A stretch of 64,000 nt of DNA from Thermodesulfobium acidiphilum (GCF_003057965.1 NZ_CP020921.1:546916-610915); one strand, 5' to 3'. Positions 48,056-58,837 are shown, counted from the first letter of the stretch. Numbers and translations: made by a program. The notes: a model not told the origin generated them from the sequence alone.

Positions 48056-49440
48056 ATTGGGAGAGAATATTTGCAAAGCTTAAAGTTCCAACTAAGATTA
48101 TTATTGTTGGTTATGGTAAAAGTGGTTTTGCTATTGCGAAACTTTTAAGGAATGAATTGAAAAACGTTGAAATTGTGGTGACTGATAAAAACCAGTTAAA
48201 GTTTCCTGAGATTAAAGAGATAAATTATCTTTTAGGAGAACACGATCCAAAGATTTTAGATAAAACTTCATGGATAATTAAGAGTCCTGGAGTTCCCCTG
48301 AGGTTAGAATTTTTTAAATTTGCTAAGGAAAAAGGTATTCCTATTATTGGAGAACTGGATTTGGTATTTGGGCTTTTACCTGATGGAATAAATACTATAG
48401 GTGTGACTGGAACCAATGGGAAAACTACAGTTACAGAATGGATAGGATATGGTTTTGAAGTTGCAAAACTTCCTTATTATGTTGCTGGGAATGTAGGAAC
48501 TCCTCTTTCTGAAATTATTTATGATATCATTCCTGGTTCTAATCTGGTTCTTGAGCTAAGTTCATATCAGATTGAGAATTCAATTTTTTTGAAACCAAAA
48601 ATAGCGATGATTACAAATTTAACTTTAGATCATATAGATAGATATGCCAATCTTCACGAATACTTTGAAGCAAAAGTTCACTTATTTAAAAACCAAAAAG
48701 AAGGTTTTTCTATCTATAATAAAGACGATCCTTATTTAGAGAAAAATATTAAAAATTTAGCTTTGAAAACAAAAGTCTTAAACGTTTCTAAAGGGAAGAA
48801 TTTTTCTATTGCTGGTGTTGTAGAAAATGAAATTTTTGTAAAAGATAACTTAGATTTAGTTAAAATTACAAGTCTTTCTGATCTCTCTCTAAAAGGCGAG
48901 CACAACATAGAAAATGCTTTGTTTGTAGTAAGTTCACTTTATCTTTCGTCTGTAGAACTTAAACACATAAGAAAAGCTTTATCAAGTTTCTCAGGAGTCG
49001 AACACAGACAAGAAATATTTCATACTAATAATGGGATAATTTGGATAAACGATTCTAAGTCAACGAATCCAGAATCTACTATTGTTGCTCTAAAGACATG
49101 GGGGAAGAAAAACAATCTTATTTTAATTTTAGGAGGTAGAGACAAAAATACGCCTCTTGATGAACTTGTAAGCTTGACAGCTAAAACATGTAAAACAGTA
49201 ATTCTTTTTGGAGAGGCAAAAAAGAGGTTTTTAGAACACTTTAAAGGCTTTTCAAACGTTTTTGTTGTGGATTCTTTTGATGATGTAATTGATAAAGCGT
49301 TTGAATTGACCAGGCCAAATGATATAGTTCTCTTTTCTCCTGCTTGTGCAAGTTTTGATATGTTTGCAAATTTTGAAGAAAGAGGAAAAATTTTTAAGAA
49401 AAAAGTCAAAGAGAAAAGCAAATGTGAGGAAATAACATGA
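48046..49440 (+). CDS. murD: UDP-MurNAc-L-Ala:D-Glu ligase
   Basis: KSPGVP, GTNGKTT, ELSSYQ, NDSKSTN and SPACASFD motifs. Confidence 0.95.
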   Translation: MLLNWERIFAKLKVPTKIIIVGYGKSGFAIAKLLRNELKNVEIVVTDKNQLKFPEIKEINYLLGEHDPKILDKTSWIIKSPGVPLRLEFFKFAKEKGIPIIGELDLVFGLLPDGINTIGVTGTNGKTTVTEWIGYGFEVAKLPYYVAGNVGTPLSEIIYDIIPGSNLVLELSSYQIENSIFLKPKIAMITNLTLDHIDRYANLHEYFEAKVHLFKNQKEGFSIYNKDDPYLEKNIKNLALKTKVLNVSKGKNFSIAGVVENEIFVKDNLDLVKITSLSDLSLKGEHNIENALFVVSSLYLSSVELKHIRKALSSFSGVEHRQEIFHTNNGIIWINDSKSTNPESTIVALKTWGKKNNLILILGGRDKNTPLDELVSLTAKTCKTVILFGEAKKRFLEHFKGFSNVFVVDSFDDVIDKAFELTRPNDIVLFSPACASFDMFANFEERGKIFKKKVKEKSKCEEIT

Positions 49441-50540
49441 GAAAGATGAAGGACAAAAAGCTCTTGCTGCTTTTGACTTTTATATTAAGCCTGGTAGGTA
49501 CGCTTTTTACTGCTAGCTCAGCTGCTCAGTTGGGGATTCAGCTTTATTCGGACCCGCTTAATTTCTTTAAACATGCTGTTGTTTATTTTATTATAGGATG
49601 GTTGTTCTTTTTCATTATAATTAAGTTACCATCAAGCTTTATTAAAAAATATATTGATTTTTTGTTTTATTTAAGTATAACCCTTTTGATAATTACTCTT
49701 TTACCTTTTTTTTCTCACAAGATTAATGGAGCTAGAAGATGGATTAATTTTGGTCCACTATCATTTCAAACTTCGGAACTTGTAAAGCTAAGTTTGGGGT
49801 TAAAAATTGCCAATAGTGCTTCGTTTTTTTTGGCTTTAAAAAATAATATATCAGGTTTTATAGTTAATATATCCTTATATCTTGTGCCAATTAGTATTTT
49901 AATAGCGATGCAGCCAGATTATGGTACGATGACTTTAATTGTTGTTACGGTATTCTTATTTTTATTGTTTATGGGAATTAATTTTAGATTTTGGTTAAGT
50001 ATAACAAGTATTGTTTTTGTAATTCTTTTGATTGGAGCACTTCTTGCTCCATATAGACTTCAGCGAATAACTTCTAATTTTAATCCCTGGGCTCATATGC
50101 AAACCAGTGGCTATCAGATTGTTCAAGCTCTGTATGGGATAGGAGATGGTGGCTTTTTTGGACAGGGACTTGGTAGTGGAAAACAGAAATTGGGTTATCT
50201 TCCAGAGGCACATACTGACTTTGTTTACTCGGTTTTTTCAGAAGAAGTTGGCATGGTTGGAGGGGCTGCTTTTTTGTTTACCTTTTTAAATCTTGTGTTA
50301 TTACTTTATAAGATGGCAAAAAAAGTTACAGATCCTTTTGATAAATCATTTATTTTTTGGACTGCCACGATATTGGGTTTACAGTGTTTTTTGAACGTTT
50401 TTATGGTTTTAAACATCATACCTGTTATTGGTGTACCACTACCCTTTCTTAGTTACGGAGGAACTTCTGAGGTAGTTAATTTAATAATGATTGCCCTATG
50501 TTATAAATTTTATTCTGATTTGCCAAGAGGTTTGCAATGA
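49437..50540 (+). CDS. ftsW: SEDS family peptidoglycan polymerase FtsW
   Basis: GARRWI, QPDYG, LPEAHTDF and LPFLSYGG motifs. Confidence 0.93.
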   Translation: MRKMKDKKLLLLLTFILSLVGTLFTASSAAQLGIQLYSDPLNFFKHAVVYFIIGWLFFFIIIKLPSSFIKKYIDFLFYLSITLLIITLLPFFSHKINGARRWINFGPLSFQTSELVKLSLGLKIANSASFFLALKNNISGFIVNISLYLVPISILIAMQPDYGTMTLIVVTVFLFLLFMGINFRFWLSITSIVFVILLIGALLAPYRLQRITSNFNPWAHMQTSGYQIVQALYGIGDGGFFGQGLGSGKQKLGYLPEAHTDFVYSVFSEEVGMVGGAAFLFTFLNLVLLLYKMAKKVTDPFDKSFIFWTATILGLQCFLNVFMVLNIIPVIGVPLPFLSYGGTSEVVNLIMIALCYKFYSDLPRGLQ

Positions 50541-51619
50541 GGATTTTAATTGTAACATCTGGTACTGGTGGGCATTTTTATCCTGCACTTTGTATAGCTG
50601 AAAAATTTAAAAAAATACATCCTGAATCAAAATTATCCTTTTGGTCTCAAGGTCTACTTTTTAAAAATACGATGCTTGAAGGAATTGAAAAGAAGGAGAT
50701 ACCTTCATATCCATTTGTCGGAATGCCAAAAATTGCACAATTTTTGTCTATTATAAAAACTATTTTTTTATCTTTAAAACTTATCCCGGAAATTACAAGA
50801 TTTAAGCCTGATTGTTTAGTTTCTTTTGGCGGTCACACAAGTGTTGCACCTTGTATTTCAGCTTATATATTAGGTATACCAATATTGTCTCACGAGCAAA
50901 ATTATAAATTAGGCCTGACGAATTATCTAGTTTCTCGATTTGCTAAATTTATAATGATTTCCTTTCCGAAGGCCGATCCAAAGTTGCCAGAAAATAAAGT
51001 GGTATTTACGGGACTTCCCATTAGAGAAGACATTGGAAAAGTTGAAGTAGAAGAAGCAGAAAAAAAATTGGGGCTTAAGAAACTAGAGAGAACTATTTTA
51101 TGTTTCGGTGGAAGCCAAGGCTCTGAGGTAATAAATAAGACAATATGGTCCTTGTTGCCAAAGCTTGATGAGAAATATCTTGTGATTCATATTACAGGCA
51201 ATCAATTTGTTCCTCAAATAAGAGGTCTAAAATGCCAATATGTCAATTTCAAATACTTTAAGGAGATGTCCTTGTTGTATGCATTGTCAGATTTAGTTAT
51301 TTCTCGAAGTGGTGCATCCACTGTATTCGAAATTATAAAAACAGGTAAAAGAGCTATTTTAATTCCCTATCCTGGAGCAAAATCGCATCAAAAATATAAT
51401 GCTATTTATCTTGAAAAATTAGGACTTGGGAAAATTGTATTTCAGAATACTCTTTCTGAAAACTTACTCTATAATATTATTAGAGAAATATTTGAATTAA
51501 ATAATAAAAATGTTAATGTAAATTATAATGAACTTTTAAAGCTTCAAAAGATTGATGCAACAAAAAATATTGTTGGTCTTGTTGAAAAAATTATAGAAAG
51601 GAAGATGATAATTTCTTGA
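50537..51619 (+). CDS. murG: Lipid I GlcNAc transferase
   Basis: GTGGHFYP, HEQN, GGSQG, SRSGAST and HQKYNA motifs. Confidence 0.95.
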   Translation: MRILIVTSGTGGHFYPALCIAEKFKKIHPESKLSFWSQGLLFKNTMLEGIEKKEIPSYPFVGMPKIAQFLSIIKTIFLSLKLIPEITRFKPDCLVSFGGHTSVAPCISAYILGIPILSHEQNYKLGLTNYLVSRFAKFIMISFPKADPKLPENKVVFTGLPIREDIGKVEVEEAEKKLGLKKLERTILCFGGSQGSEVINKTIWSLLPKLDEKYLVIHITGNQFVPQIRGLKCQYVNFKYFKEMSLLYALSDLVISRSGASTVFEIIKTGKRAILIPYPGAKSHQKYNAIYLEKLGLGKIVFQNTLSENLLYNIIREIFELNNKNVNVNYNELLKLQKIDATKNIVGLVEKIIERKMIIS

Positions 51620-53055
51620 TGAAAAACATTGTGAAAGATCTGAAGAATGTTTTTTTTATTGGAATAGGTGGTACAGGTATGAGTGCCTTAGCATTCTTTC
51701 TTCTTGAAGATGGAAAGATTATTTCGGGTTCTGATAAGAAAGAATCAAGGTCTCTTTTAAAACTAAAACAAAAGGGAGTAAACATATACATAGGTCACAA
51801 TCCTGATAACATTTCGAAAGACGTTGACGTGGTTGTATATTCTGGAGCTATACCATCTGACAACTGTGAGCTTTTGAGCGCAAAGCAAAGAAATATTCCG
51901 GTTCTATCGAGAGCCCAAATGCTGTCTAAAATAATTGAACAAAAATTTTCAATTGCTGTTGCGGGAACGCATGGTAAGACAACAACTACTTCGATGATCG
52001 GCAAGATGCTTAACGATGGGGGGCTCGATCCTTCTTTTTTGATTGGTGGTGAGTTGAATGATTATGGTGCTAACGCAAGACATGGGAGTGGCCCATATAT
52101 AGTGATTGAAGCAGATGAAAGCGATGGTTCGTTTTTGAATTACAAACCTAATATTGCTGTTATTACCAATATTGATTTTGATCACCCTAGCTTTTTTAGC
52201 GATTTAAAAATGGTTGAAGATTATTTTGAAAAGTTTATGCAAGGAGTAAATAAGGACGGGAAATTGGTAATTTGTGGTGATCATGCAATTACTAGGAGTG
52301 TTGCAGAAAAGATAACAGATAAAGAAAAAATATTTTATGGTTTTGGTGATAACAATCAAGTGCAGTGCAAAAATTTAATATTGAGTGGTTTTGGTAGCTA
52401 TTATGACTTATATATTGAAGGTAAAAAAATTGGAGAGATAACTTTGAATGTACCAGGGATTCACAATGTTTTAAATTCACTTGCAGCATTTAGCGTTGCT
52501 AAAATAATTGGACTTGATTTTGTTTCTGCTTTCGATTCAATTGCATCTTTTTCGGGAGTCAGAAGAAGATTTGAACTCAAGTGTAAAGATCCTTATATCA
52601 TTGATGATTATGCTCATCATCCTGAAGAAATAAATGTAGTTTTAAATACGGCGAGAAGTATATTTAAAGATAAGAACTTAGTTCTTATCTTTCAGCCTCA
52701 TAGATTTACCAGAACTGAAAAATTTTTGGATAATTTTTGTGATGTTTTAGCAAAAGCAGACACTTTATTACTTGTTGATATTTTTCCAGCAGGTGAAAAG
52801 GTTACAAACCCTTATTTGGGGAATGAATTGTTCAAAAGGTGTAAGAAGAAGATGAAAGACAACATCTTTTTTGCTTCTAAGGACTCAGTTTGTGAAATCA
52901 TCCAAGAGATACATAACGAAAAGAACGTATACTTGTTTATGGGTGCTGGTGATATTACAAAGATATGTGATAAGGTGGCTTCTATTTTTTTGGACATTAA
53001 AAAGGACGAGAGAAAAGAGATAAGTGATCCGAATACTTCGGAACTTTCAACTTAA
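51616..53055 (+). CDS. murC: UDP-MurNAc:L-Ala ligase
   Basis: GIGGTGMS, GTHGKTTT, EADESDGSF, DDYAHHPEE and FQPHRFTR motifs. Confidence 0.97.
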   Translation: MMKNIVKDLKNVFFIGIGGTGMSALAFFLLEDGKIISGSDKKESRSLLKLKQKGVNIYIGHNPDNISKDVDVVVYSGAIPSDNCELLSAKQRNIPVLSRAQMLSKIIEQKFSIAVAGTHGKTTTTSMIGKMLNDGGLDPSFLIGGELNDYGANARHGSGPYIVIEADESDGSFLNYKPNIAVITNIDFDHPSFFSDLKMVEDYFEKFMQGVNKDGKLVICGDHAITRSVAEKITDKEKIFYGFGDNNQVQCKNLILSGFGSYYDLYIEGKKIGEITLNVPGIHNVLNSLAAFSVAKIIGLDFVSAFDSIASFSGVRRRFELKCKDPYIIDDYAHHPEEINVVLNTARSIFKDKNLVLIFQPHRFTRTEKFLDNFCDVLAKADTLLLVDIFPAGEKVTNPYLGNELFKRCKKKMKDNIFFASKDSVCEIIQEIHNEKNVYLFMGAGDITKICDKVASIFLDIKKDERKEISDPNTSELST

Positions 53056-53911
53056 GAACCTTACCACCTTTGGAACTGGCGGGGTAGGCAGAAGTATCTA
53101 TCTTCTTAGAAGTTCTGATCTGCCTATTGTTTTAGGAGAGATAGACGATTTCGTAATTTTAGGCAACGGTTCAAACGTTATTTTTTCTGATGAATATTTT
53201 TCTAAAAATATTTTATATGTTGTTCCTTTAAGTTCTTTTGAAGGGATCAATATTGTTTCTGATCTTTTAGAGGTTGATGCTAATGTTTCTTCAAGCGCCC
53301 TTTCGTGGTGGTGTGCCAGGAAGGGCATAAGTGGCTTTGAATTTGCAGCAGGGATTCCAGGAAGAATCGGAGCATGTATTTTTGGCAATGCAGGTTGTTT
53401 TGGTTCAGATTTTTCAAAAAATCTAAAAAGTATTTTTGTTTTTGACTGTATTAGCAAGACCTTTAGCGAAATAGATTCAGGTAACATACAATTTTCTTAT
53501 AGAAAGAGTTCTATTAAAAATAAAGTTATATTGAAAGCGTATTTTGAGACAAGTTTTAATAAGCCTGAGAGCGTTTTTGCAAGAACCCTCGAACTTTTAA
53601 ATAAAAAGAAATTGTCTCAGCCGCATGGAATTAAAACTTTTGGGAGTATTTTCAGAAATCCACCGGGTAACTGGGCTGGAAAATTGCTTGATAGTTTGGG
53701 TTTTAGAGGTTATAAATTAGGTGGAGTTATGGTATCTGAGAAACATGCTAATTTTTTAGAAAATATTGGAGGGTCAACTTCAGACGCTGTAAAGATTATA
53801 AAATTGATGCAAGACAAGGTTTTGGAAAGATACAATATTTTATTGGAGCCAGAGGTAAGATTTTTGGGAGAATTTAAAGAATTGCCAATTTTATCTGGTG
53901 ATGAATTATGA
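53024..53911 (+). CDS. murB: UDP-N-acetylenolpyruvoylglucosamine reductase
   Basis: LGNGSN, GIPG..G...GNAG, FSYRKS, GSIFRNP and SEKHANF motifs. Confidence 0.95.
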   Translation: MIRILRNFQLKNLTTFGTGGVGRSIYLLRSSDLPIVLGEIDDFVILGNGSNVIFSDEYFSKNILYVVPLSSFEGINIVSDLLEVDANVSSSALSWWCARKGISGFEFAAGIPGRIGACIFGNAGCFGSDFSKNLKSIFVFDCISKTFSEIDSGNIQFSYRKSSIKNKVILKAYFETSFNKPESVFARTLELLNKKKLSQPHGIKTFGSIFRNPPGNWAGKLLDSLGFRGYKLGGVMVSEKHANFLENIGGSTSDAVKIIKLMQDKVLERYNILLEPEVRFLGEFKELPILSGDEL

Positions 53912-54834
53912 AAATTTTGATTTTATGTGGTGGGACTTCTTCGGAAAGAGAAGTTTCTATATGGTCCGCAGAAAACGTGTATAAAACTTTAATAAATACT
54001 GACTATATCGTTGAGATGGTGGATATTGCTAAACTTTCTCCTTATGAATTGTGTAAAAAAATATTGTGTGAAAATTTCGATCTCGTTTTCCCCGTTTTGC
54101 ACGGAAAGCCTGGTGAAGATGGTTCTATACAGGGCTTTTTGGATACTCTTGGAATAAAATATATTGGATCTGGAGTTTTTTCTTGTGCTGTAACTATGGA
54201 CAAATACAGGTGTAAATTAATTTGTAAATCTTTAGGACTCCCCCAGCCAGATTTTATTGCAATAAGAACAAGGGACTCGAAAGAGATTTATGAATTTTCG
54301 CGCTCAAAAGGTTTCCCTTTGGTCGTGAAGCCTAATTCACAGGGTTCAAGCGTAGGAGTATCTATTGTGAACAATGATAGTGAATTGAAAAGTGCTCTGG
54401 AACTTGGGTTCAAATATGATCCAATTGTTCTAGTTGAAGAATTTATACGCGGAAAGGAAATAACATGTGGTGTTATTGGAAATAATAACATAATTGCCCT
54501 ACCCCTTGTGGAAATATTGCCTAAAACAAAATTTTTCGATTATGAGTCGAAATATAATCCTGAATTGTGTGACGAAATTGTTCCTGCAAGGTTGAACGAT
54601 AACCTAAAGAACAGATTGCAAGAACTTGCAATAAAAGCGTATAAGGTTTTTGATTGTAAGGGTTTTGGCAGAATTGATATGTTTGTAGATGAGGATGAAA
54701 ACATTTACCTCTCCGAAATAAACACTATTCCTGGTTTAACTGCTAATAGTCTTTTTACTAAGGAGGTTAAGGCTGCTGGATATACCTTTCAGGAAATCGT
54801 CAAACTTCTTATCAAGCTGGCGTTGGAGGATTAA
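53908..54834 (+). CDS. ddl: D-alanine--D-alanine ligase
   Basis: GGTSSEREVS, LHGKPGEDG, GSSVG, YESKY and EINTIPG motifs. Confidence 0.97.
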   Translation: MKILILCGGTSSEREVSIWSAENVYKTLINTDYIVEMVDIAKLSPYELCKKILCENFDLVFPVLHGKPGEDGSIQGFLDTLGIKYIGSGVFSCAVTMDKYRCKLICKSLGLPQPDFIAIRTRDSKEIYEFSRSKGFPLVVKPNSQGSSVGVSIVNNDSELKSALELGFKYDPIVLVEEFIRGKEITCGVIGNNNIIALPLVEILPKTKFFDYESKYNPELCDEIVPARLNDNLKNRLQELAIKAYKVFDCKGFGRIDMFVDEDENIYLSEINTIPGLTANSLFTKEVKAAGYTFQEIVKLLIKLALED

Positions 54835-55480
54835 TTTTTTTATTTCTATAATTTTTGTTTTTATCTTATGTTATTTTTTTTGGTTTATTTTTTCAACAAA
54901 CAGTTTTACTTCTTTAAAAGTTGAAGGTATGTCAAACTATATAAGAGATAAAAGTTTTTACTTTTTACATAAAGATAAATATGGTGTTTTGGGTTATAAA
55001 GCCTTTTTTAATAATTTAAAAAATCAATTTGAAAACAGCGAATTTTACAGAATTAAGTCAATAACTCATACAAGTTTAGGAAAAGTTAACGTAATTTTTT
55101 ATATCCCAGACTATTTAATAAAGACGAACTCTGATAAAAATTTTTATGATTTAAATGGAAACGTAGTATCGGGTGAAAATTTAAAGAATAAAAAATTTAT
55201 ATTTGTCAATAGTATAATTAAAAATAGTGAATTTTTTGATATGTTACAAAATATTGTCTATTATTCTACACTTTATGGTTTTACTCCGGATTACATATTT
55301 TTTTATGATGATATTATAAAATTTAAGGATAAAAGCACAACAGTTTTTGAGTTTAAGAACGATGGGAAATTTGACGAAAAATTTAGAAATATTTTCGATT
55401 TTTTAGAAAATTTAAACAATAAAAATTGGCCCAAGGAGATAATTTTGCTAGATGAAAGAAGGCTTGTGGTTAAGAAATGA
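54773..55480 (+). CDS. Divergent FtsQ/DivIB-like protein; probable CTG start inside ddl
   Basis: The frame of ORF 54929 stays open upstream and encodes a basic tail plus a TM (RINFFISIIFVFILCYFFWFIFS) and LKVEG. SD TAAGGAGGT precedes CTG CTG at 54773/54776; the gene sits in the ftsQ position. Confidence 0.65.
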   Translation: MLDIPFRKSSNFLSSWRWRINFFISIIFVFILCYFFWFIFSTNSFTSLKVEGMSNYIRDKSFYFLHKDKYGVLGYKAFFNNLKNQFENSEFYRIKSITHTSLGKVNVIFYIPDYLIKTNSDKNFYDLNGNVVSGENLKNKKFIFVNSIIKNSEFFDMLQNIVYYSTLYGFTPDYIFFYDDIIKFKDKSTTVFEFKNDGKFDEKFRNIFDFLENLNNKNWPKEIILLDERRLVVKK

Positions 55481-56241
55481 ACGGTGAAAATAAAGTTCAT
55501 CATATTCAAGAAAAGGTTATTCACAGTATTCATCCGCCAAAAAGGTGGGAGTTAATTTTAGGCATTATTGCTTTTATTTTGGGTTTTTTTATCGTAGTTC
55601 AATATAGAACTCAAAAAGATTTGTTTCACCTTATTCCTACAAGACAGGCAGAGGAAATGGCAAGCCTTTTAAAAGAAGCAGAAAATAAGAGACTTGATTT
55701 GGAAAGGGAACTTTTTGTTTCAAGGCAAAAGATAATGGATCTTCAAAATAAGCTTGAACAAGAAAAAAATAAAAATATTTCAATAGGCGAAGAGAGCAAA
55801 AAAATTGCGCTTTTGGCTGGTTTTACTCCTGTTAAAGGTCCGGGTGTGATAGTTACTGTTAAGGATGCAAAAAATGGTCAAGAAGGCAACGCTTCTTTAG
55901 TTCATGATGAGGATCTGTTGAGGGTTGTAAATGAGTTGAGAGCAGGTGGTGCAGAGGCAATAAGTGTTAACGATCAAAGACTCGTTGCAATCTCTGAAAT
56001 AAGATGTGCGGGTCCTGTTATACTTGTAAACGGCGTGAGGCTTGCCCCACCTTTTATAATAAAAGCTATAGGTTCGCCAGAAATGCTTTATAACTCTTTG
56101 ACGATGAGTGGCGGTATAATAGACTATTTAAAACTATTAGGGATCAGGGTTTCTGTTGAAAAATCAGATTCTCTTTATATTCCTGCTTTCAATGCAAACA
56201 TACAGATTAATTATGCGACCTTGATTAATAAAGGAGAATAA
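55477..56241 (+). CDS. DUF881 family protein (YlxW/YlxX-like)
   Basis: TM plus coiled coil, GPGVIVT, VHDEDL, NELRAGGAEAISVNDQR and IRCAGP. Confidence 0.9.
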   Translation: MNGENKVHHIQEKVIHSIHPPKRWELILGIIAFILGFFIVVQYRTQKDLFHLIPTRQAEEMASLLKEAENKRLDLERELFVSRQKIMDLQNKLEQEKNKNISIGEESKKIALLAGFTPVKGPGVIVTVKDAKNGQEGNASLVHDEDLLRVVNELRAGGAEAISVNDQRLVAISEIRCAGPVILVNGVRLAPPFIIKAIGSPEMLYNSLTMSGGIIDYLKLLGIRVSVEKSDSLYIPAFNANIQINYATLINKGE

Positions 56242-56244
56242 ATT

Positions 56245-56592
56245 ATGTGGTTTATATTACTATGTTTTGTTCTTGGAATGATCGCAGCCTATTTTTTCCC
56301 TATTGAGATGCCATTTGTTTATACTAAATATATGGCAGTTGTTATTCTTGCTTTTGCTGATTCGTTTTTTGGTGCATTTAAAAGCGGTTTGGAGGGGAAG
56401 TTTAGCGGATGGCAAGCTATAACAGGTTTTTTCGGTAATTCTATTGTTGCAGCTGGTCTGACTTATGCAGGGGATCTGTTAGGTATTGATCTATACATAG
56501 CAGCTGTAATATTGTTTGGCATAAGGATTTTTAATAATATAACTGCTATAAGGCATTTATTATTTACCCCTCCTTCTTCAAAGTATGAATGA
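56245..56592 (+). CDS. sbp: Small basic protein Sbp (DUF1290)
   Basis: ADSFFG, GFFGN, GDLLGIDLY and FGIRIFNN; lies between DUF881 and ftsA. Confidence 0.85.
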   Translation: MWFILLCFVLGMIAAYFFPIEMPFVYTKYMAVVILAFADSFFGAFKSGLEGKFSGWQAITGFFGNSIVAAGLTYAGDLLGIDLYIAAVILFGIRIFNNITAIRHLLFTPPSSKYE

Positions 56593-57733
56593 TATAAAAG
56601 AGAGCAATATTCTAGCTGTTGATCTTGGTAGCACCTTTATAAGAATTGTTGTTGGAAAAGACCAACTTTCAAATAAAACTATTGCACACTTTATATCTTT
56701 ACCCTCATATGGAGTTAAAAATGGTACAATATATGATTTTGAACAGGTAAGAACAATCCTAAATGCCGGTTTGAAAACTATTTACCAAAAGGAAGGTTCT
56801 AATTTTAAAGAGAAGTGCATATTAAATCTCTCAGGGAAGGTTTATGTTTCAAAAAATATTAAAATTGAACAGAAATATCCTAGAGAAATTCAAATTAGAG
56901 CTAAAGCAATAAATGACTTACTTATGAATATCTCTGAAGAAAAAGATTATATTCCTGTGCATATTTGTAAGAAATCATTTTTGGTTGATAATTCCTTTGA
57001 AACCCTAAATCCATCTGGGATGTTTTGCAAATCGCTTCAAGCAAACTTTCATGTTATATACATGCTTTCAACTTATTACAAAACTCTTAAAGAATTATTT
57101 AATTCTTTGCATTTAGATCTGGTAGATATTCTCCCTAGCTCCATTGCAAGTGCAAATGCTATTTTAAAAGATAATGATTATCTAATTCCTAAATTTTTAG
57201 TAGTGGATATAGGTGCTTTGACGACTGATTTTGTTTTGTATTCTTCGGGAGTTCCAGAATTTACTTCTACAGTTTTGTTAGGATCAGAAAATATTACTAG
57301 AGATATATCATTTGGCCTTAAGGTAAATAGAGATGAAGCAGAGAAACTAAAGTTAGATTTTTCTGAGCCTGAAGATCAAGATGATTTTAAAAATTTTTTA
57401 AAAAATATTATTTATTCGAGATCAGAGGATATTGTTTTATATATTTATGATAAACTAAAAAAAATTTCTGACAATATGATCCCTTTAAGAATTTATCTTA
57501 CAGGACAAGGTTCTAAGTTAATTGTTTTTAAGAAATTATTCGAAGAAGTTTTTGAATGTCCGGTTGAAGTTAGAAGACCTCTACCATTTTCGATAAATGA
57601 AAAAAGGGATTATGAGCACTCAACTGTTTTGGGTTTGATTAATTATGCTTTAAATAATACAATATTATCTAACAAATATGATAACCAAAATTTAATAAAG
57701 AAATTTTGCACGATTTTTTTTAAAAGAGGATAA
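56585..57733 (+). CDS. ftsA: Cell division protein FtsA (divergent)
   Basis: VDLGSTFI, VVDIGALTTD, ITRDI and AEKLK; directly upstream of ftsZ. Confidence 0.88.
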   Translation: MNDIKESNILAVDLGSTFIRIVVGKDQLSNKTIAHFISLPSYGVKNGTIYDFEQVRTILNAGLKTIYQKEGSNFKEKCILNLSGKVYVSKNIKIEQKYPREIQIRAKAINDLLMNISEEKDYIPVHICKKSFLVDNSFETLNPSGMFCKSLQANFHVIYMLSTYYKTLKELFNSLHLDLVDILPSSIASANAILKDNDYLIPKFLVVDIGALTTDFVLYSSGVPEFTSTVLLGSENITRDISFGLKVNRDEAEKLKLDFSEPEDQDDFKNFLKNIIYSRSEDIVLYIYDKLKKISDNMIPLRIYLTGQGSKLIVFKKLFEEVFECPVEVRRPLPFSINEKRDYEHSTVLGLINYALNNTILSNKYDNQNLIKKFCTIFFKRG

Positions 57734-57736
57734 TAA

Positions 57737-58837
57737 GTGGGAGGTTTTTATATGTATGATGAAAAAATGGGGCCCTCTATTAAAGTTTTAGGTATTGGAG
57801 GAGCTGGTGGTAATGCTATAAATAGAATGATTGAGGCAGGACTTTCTTCTGTTGAGTTTTGGGCTATTAATACTGATGTCCAGGCTCTTAGTTTATCTCG
57901 AGCAGATCAAAAATTACAAATAGGTCCTAAAGCGACAAAAGGTTTGGGTGCGGGAGCTAATCCTGATCTTGGGCGAGAAGCGGCTGAAGAAAGTGAGGAC
58001 GATTTAAGGAGTATTTTAGAAGGTGCTGATATGGCTTTTATAACAGCAGGTTTGGGTGGTGGTACGGGTACAGGTGCTGCTCCTTATATTGCAAGCATTG
58101 CAAAAGAAATGGGTATATTAACTGTAGCTGTTCTTACCTTTCCGTTTAAATTTGAGGGACCAAAGAGAAAAAAGAATGCAGATCAGGGTTTGGAGGAATT
58201 AAAAAAAATTGTTGATTCATATATCGTAATTGATAATCAAAGACTTCTAACCTTTGCAGATTCAAAACTTTCTTTTTTAGAGGCATTTCGTTTAGCTGAT
58301 GACGTATTAAGACAAGGAGTACAGGGAATCTCTGATCTTGTGACTGTGCCTGGTATTATAAATCTTGATTTTGCTGATCTTAAGTCTGTTCTTACTAATA
58401 CTGGAAATACTATTATGGGAGTCGGATATGGACAAGATGAAATGAGGGCTATTGATGCTGTTAGAAGCGCTGTTGATTCACCCCTTCTAACGATACCTGT
58501 AAAGGGTGCAACAAATATTATTATGAACGTAACTGGCGGTTATGATTTAACTTTGCTTGAAATAAATGAAGCTGCTGATGAATTAGGTTCACTAACTTCT
58601 GAGAATGCCAACTTATTATTTGGAGCAGTTATAAACCCAGAAATGGAGAATTCTATAAGAATAACTATTATTGCTACTGGGTTTTCAGAAACTATAAGCG
58701 ATATACCTTTAAAGAAAAAGACAGATTCTACCTATTCAACTCCTTCTAAAAAACGTTTATTTGATGAGACGGTTGATTTTGGCTTTGATGACCTTCCCAG
58801 TTTTTTAAGAAGAAGCCCTGAAAAAGAAGAACAATAA
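57737..58837 (+). CDS. ftsZ: Cell division protein FtsZ
   Basis: GGAGGNA, GLGGGTGTG, INLDFAD and the C-terminal DLPSFLR peptide; the start is probably ATG 57752. Confidence 0.98.
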   Translation: MGGFYMYDEKMGPSIKVLGIGGAGGNAINRMIEAGLSSVEFWAINTDVQALSLSRADQKLQIGPKATKGLGAGANPDLGREAAEESEDDLRSILEGADMAFITAGLGGGTGTGAAPYIASIAKEMGILTVAVLTFPFKFEGPKRKKNADQGLEELKKIVDSYIVIDNQRLLTFADSKLSFLEAFRLADDVLRQGVQGISDLVTVPGIINLDFADLKSVLTNTGNTIMGVGYGQDEMRAIDAVRSAVDSPLLTIPVKGATNIIMNVTGGYDLTLLEINEAADELGSLTSENANLLFGAVINPEMENSIRITIIATGFSETISDIPLKKKTDSTYSTPSKKRLFDETVDFGFDDLPSFLRRSPEKEEQ

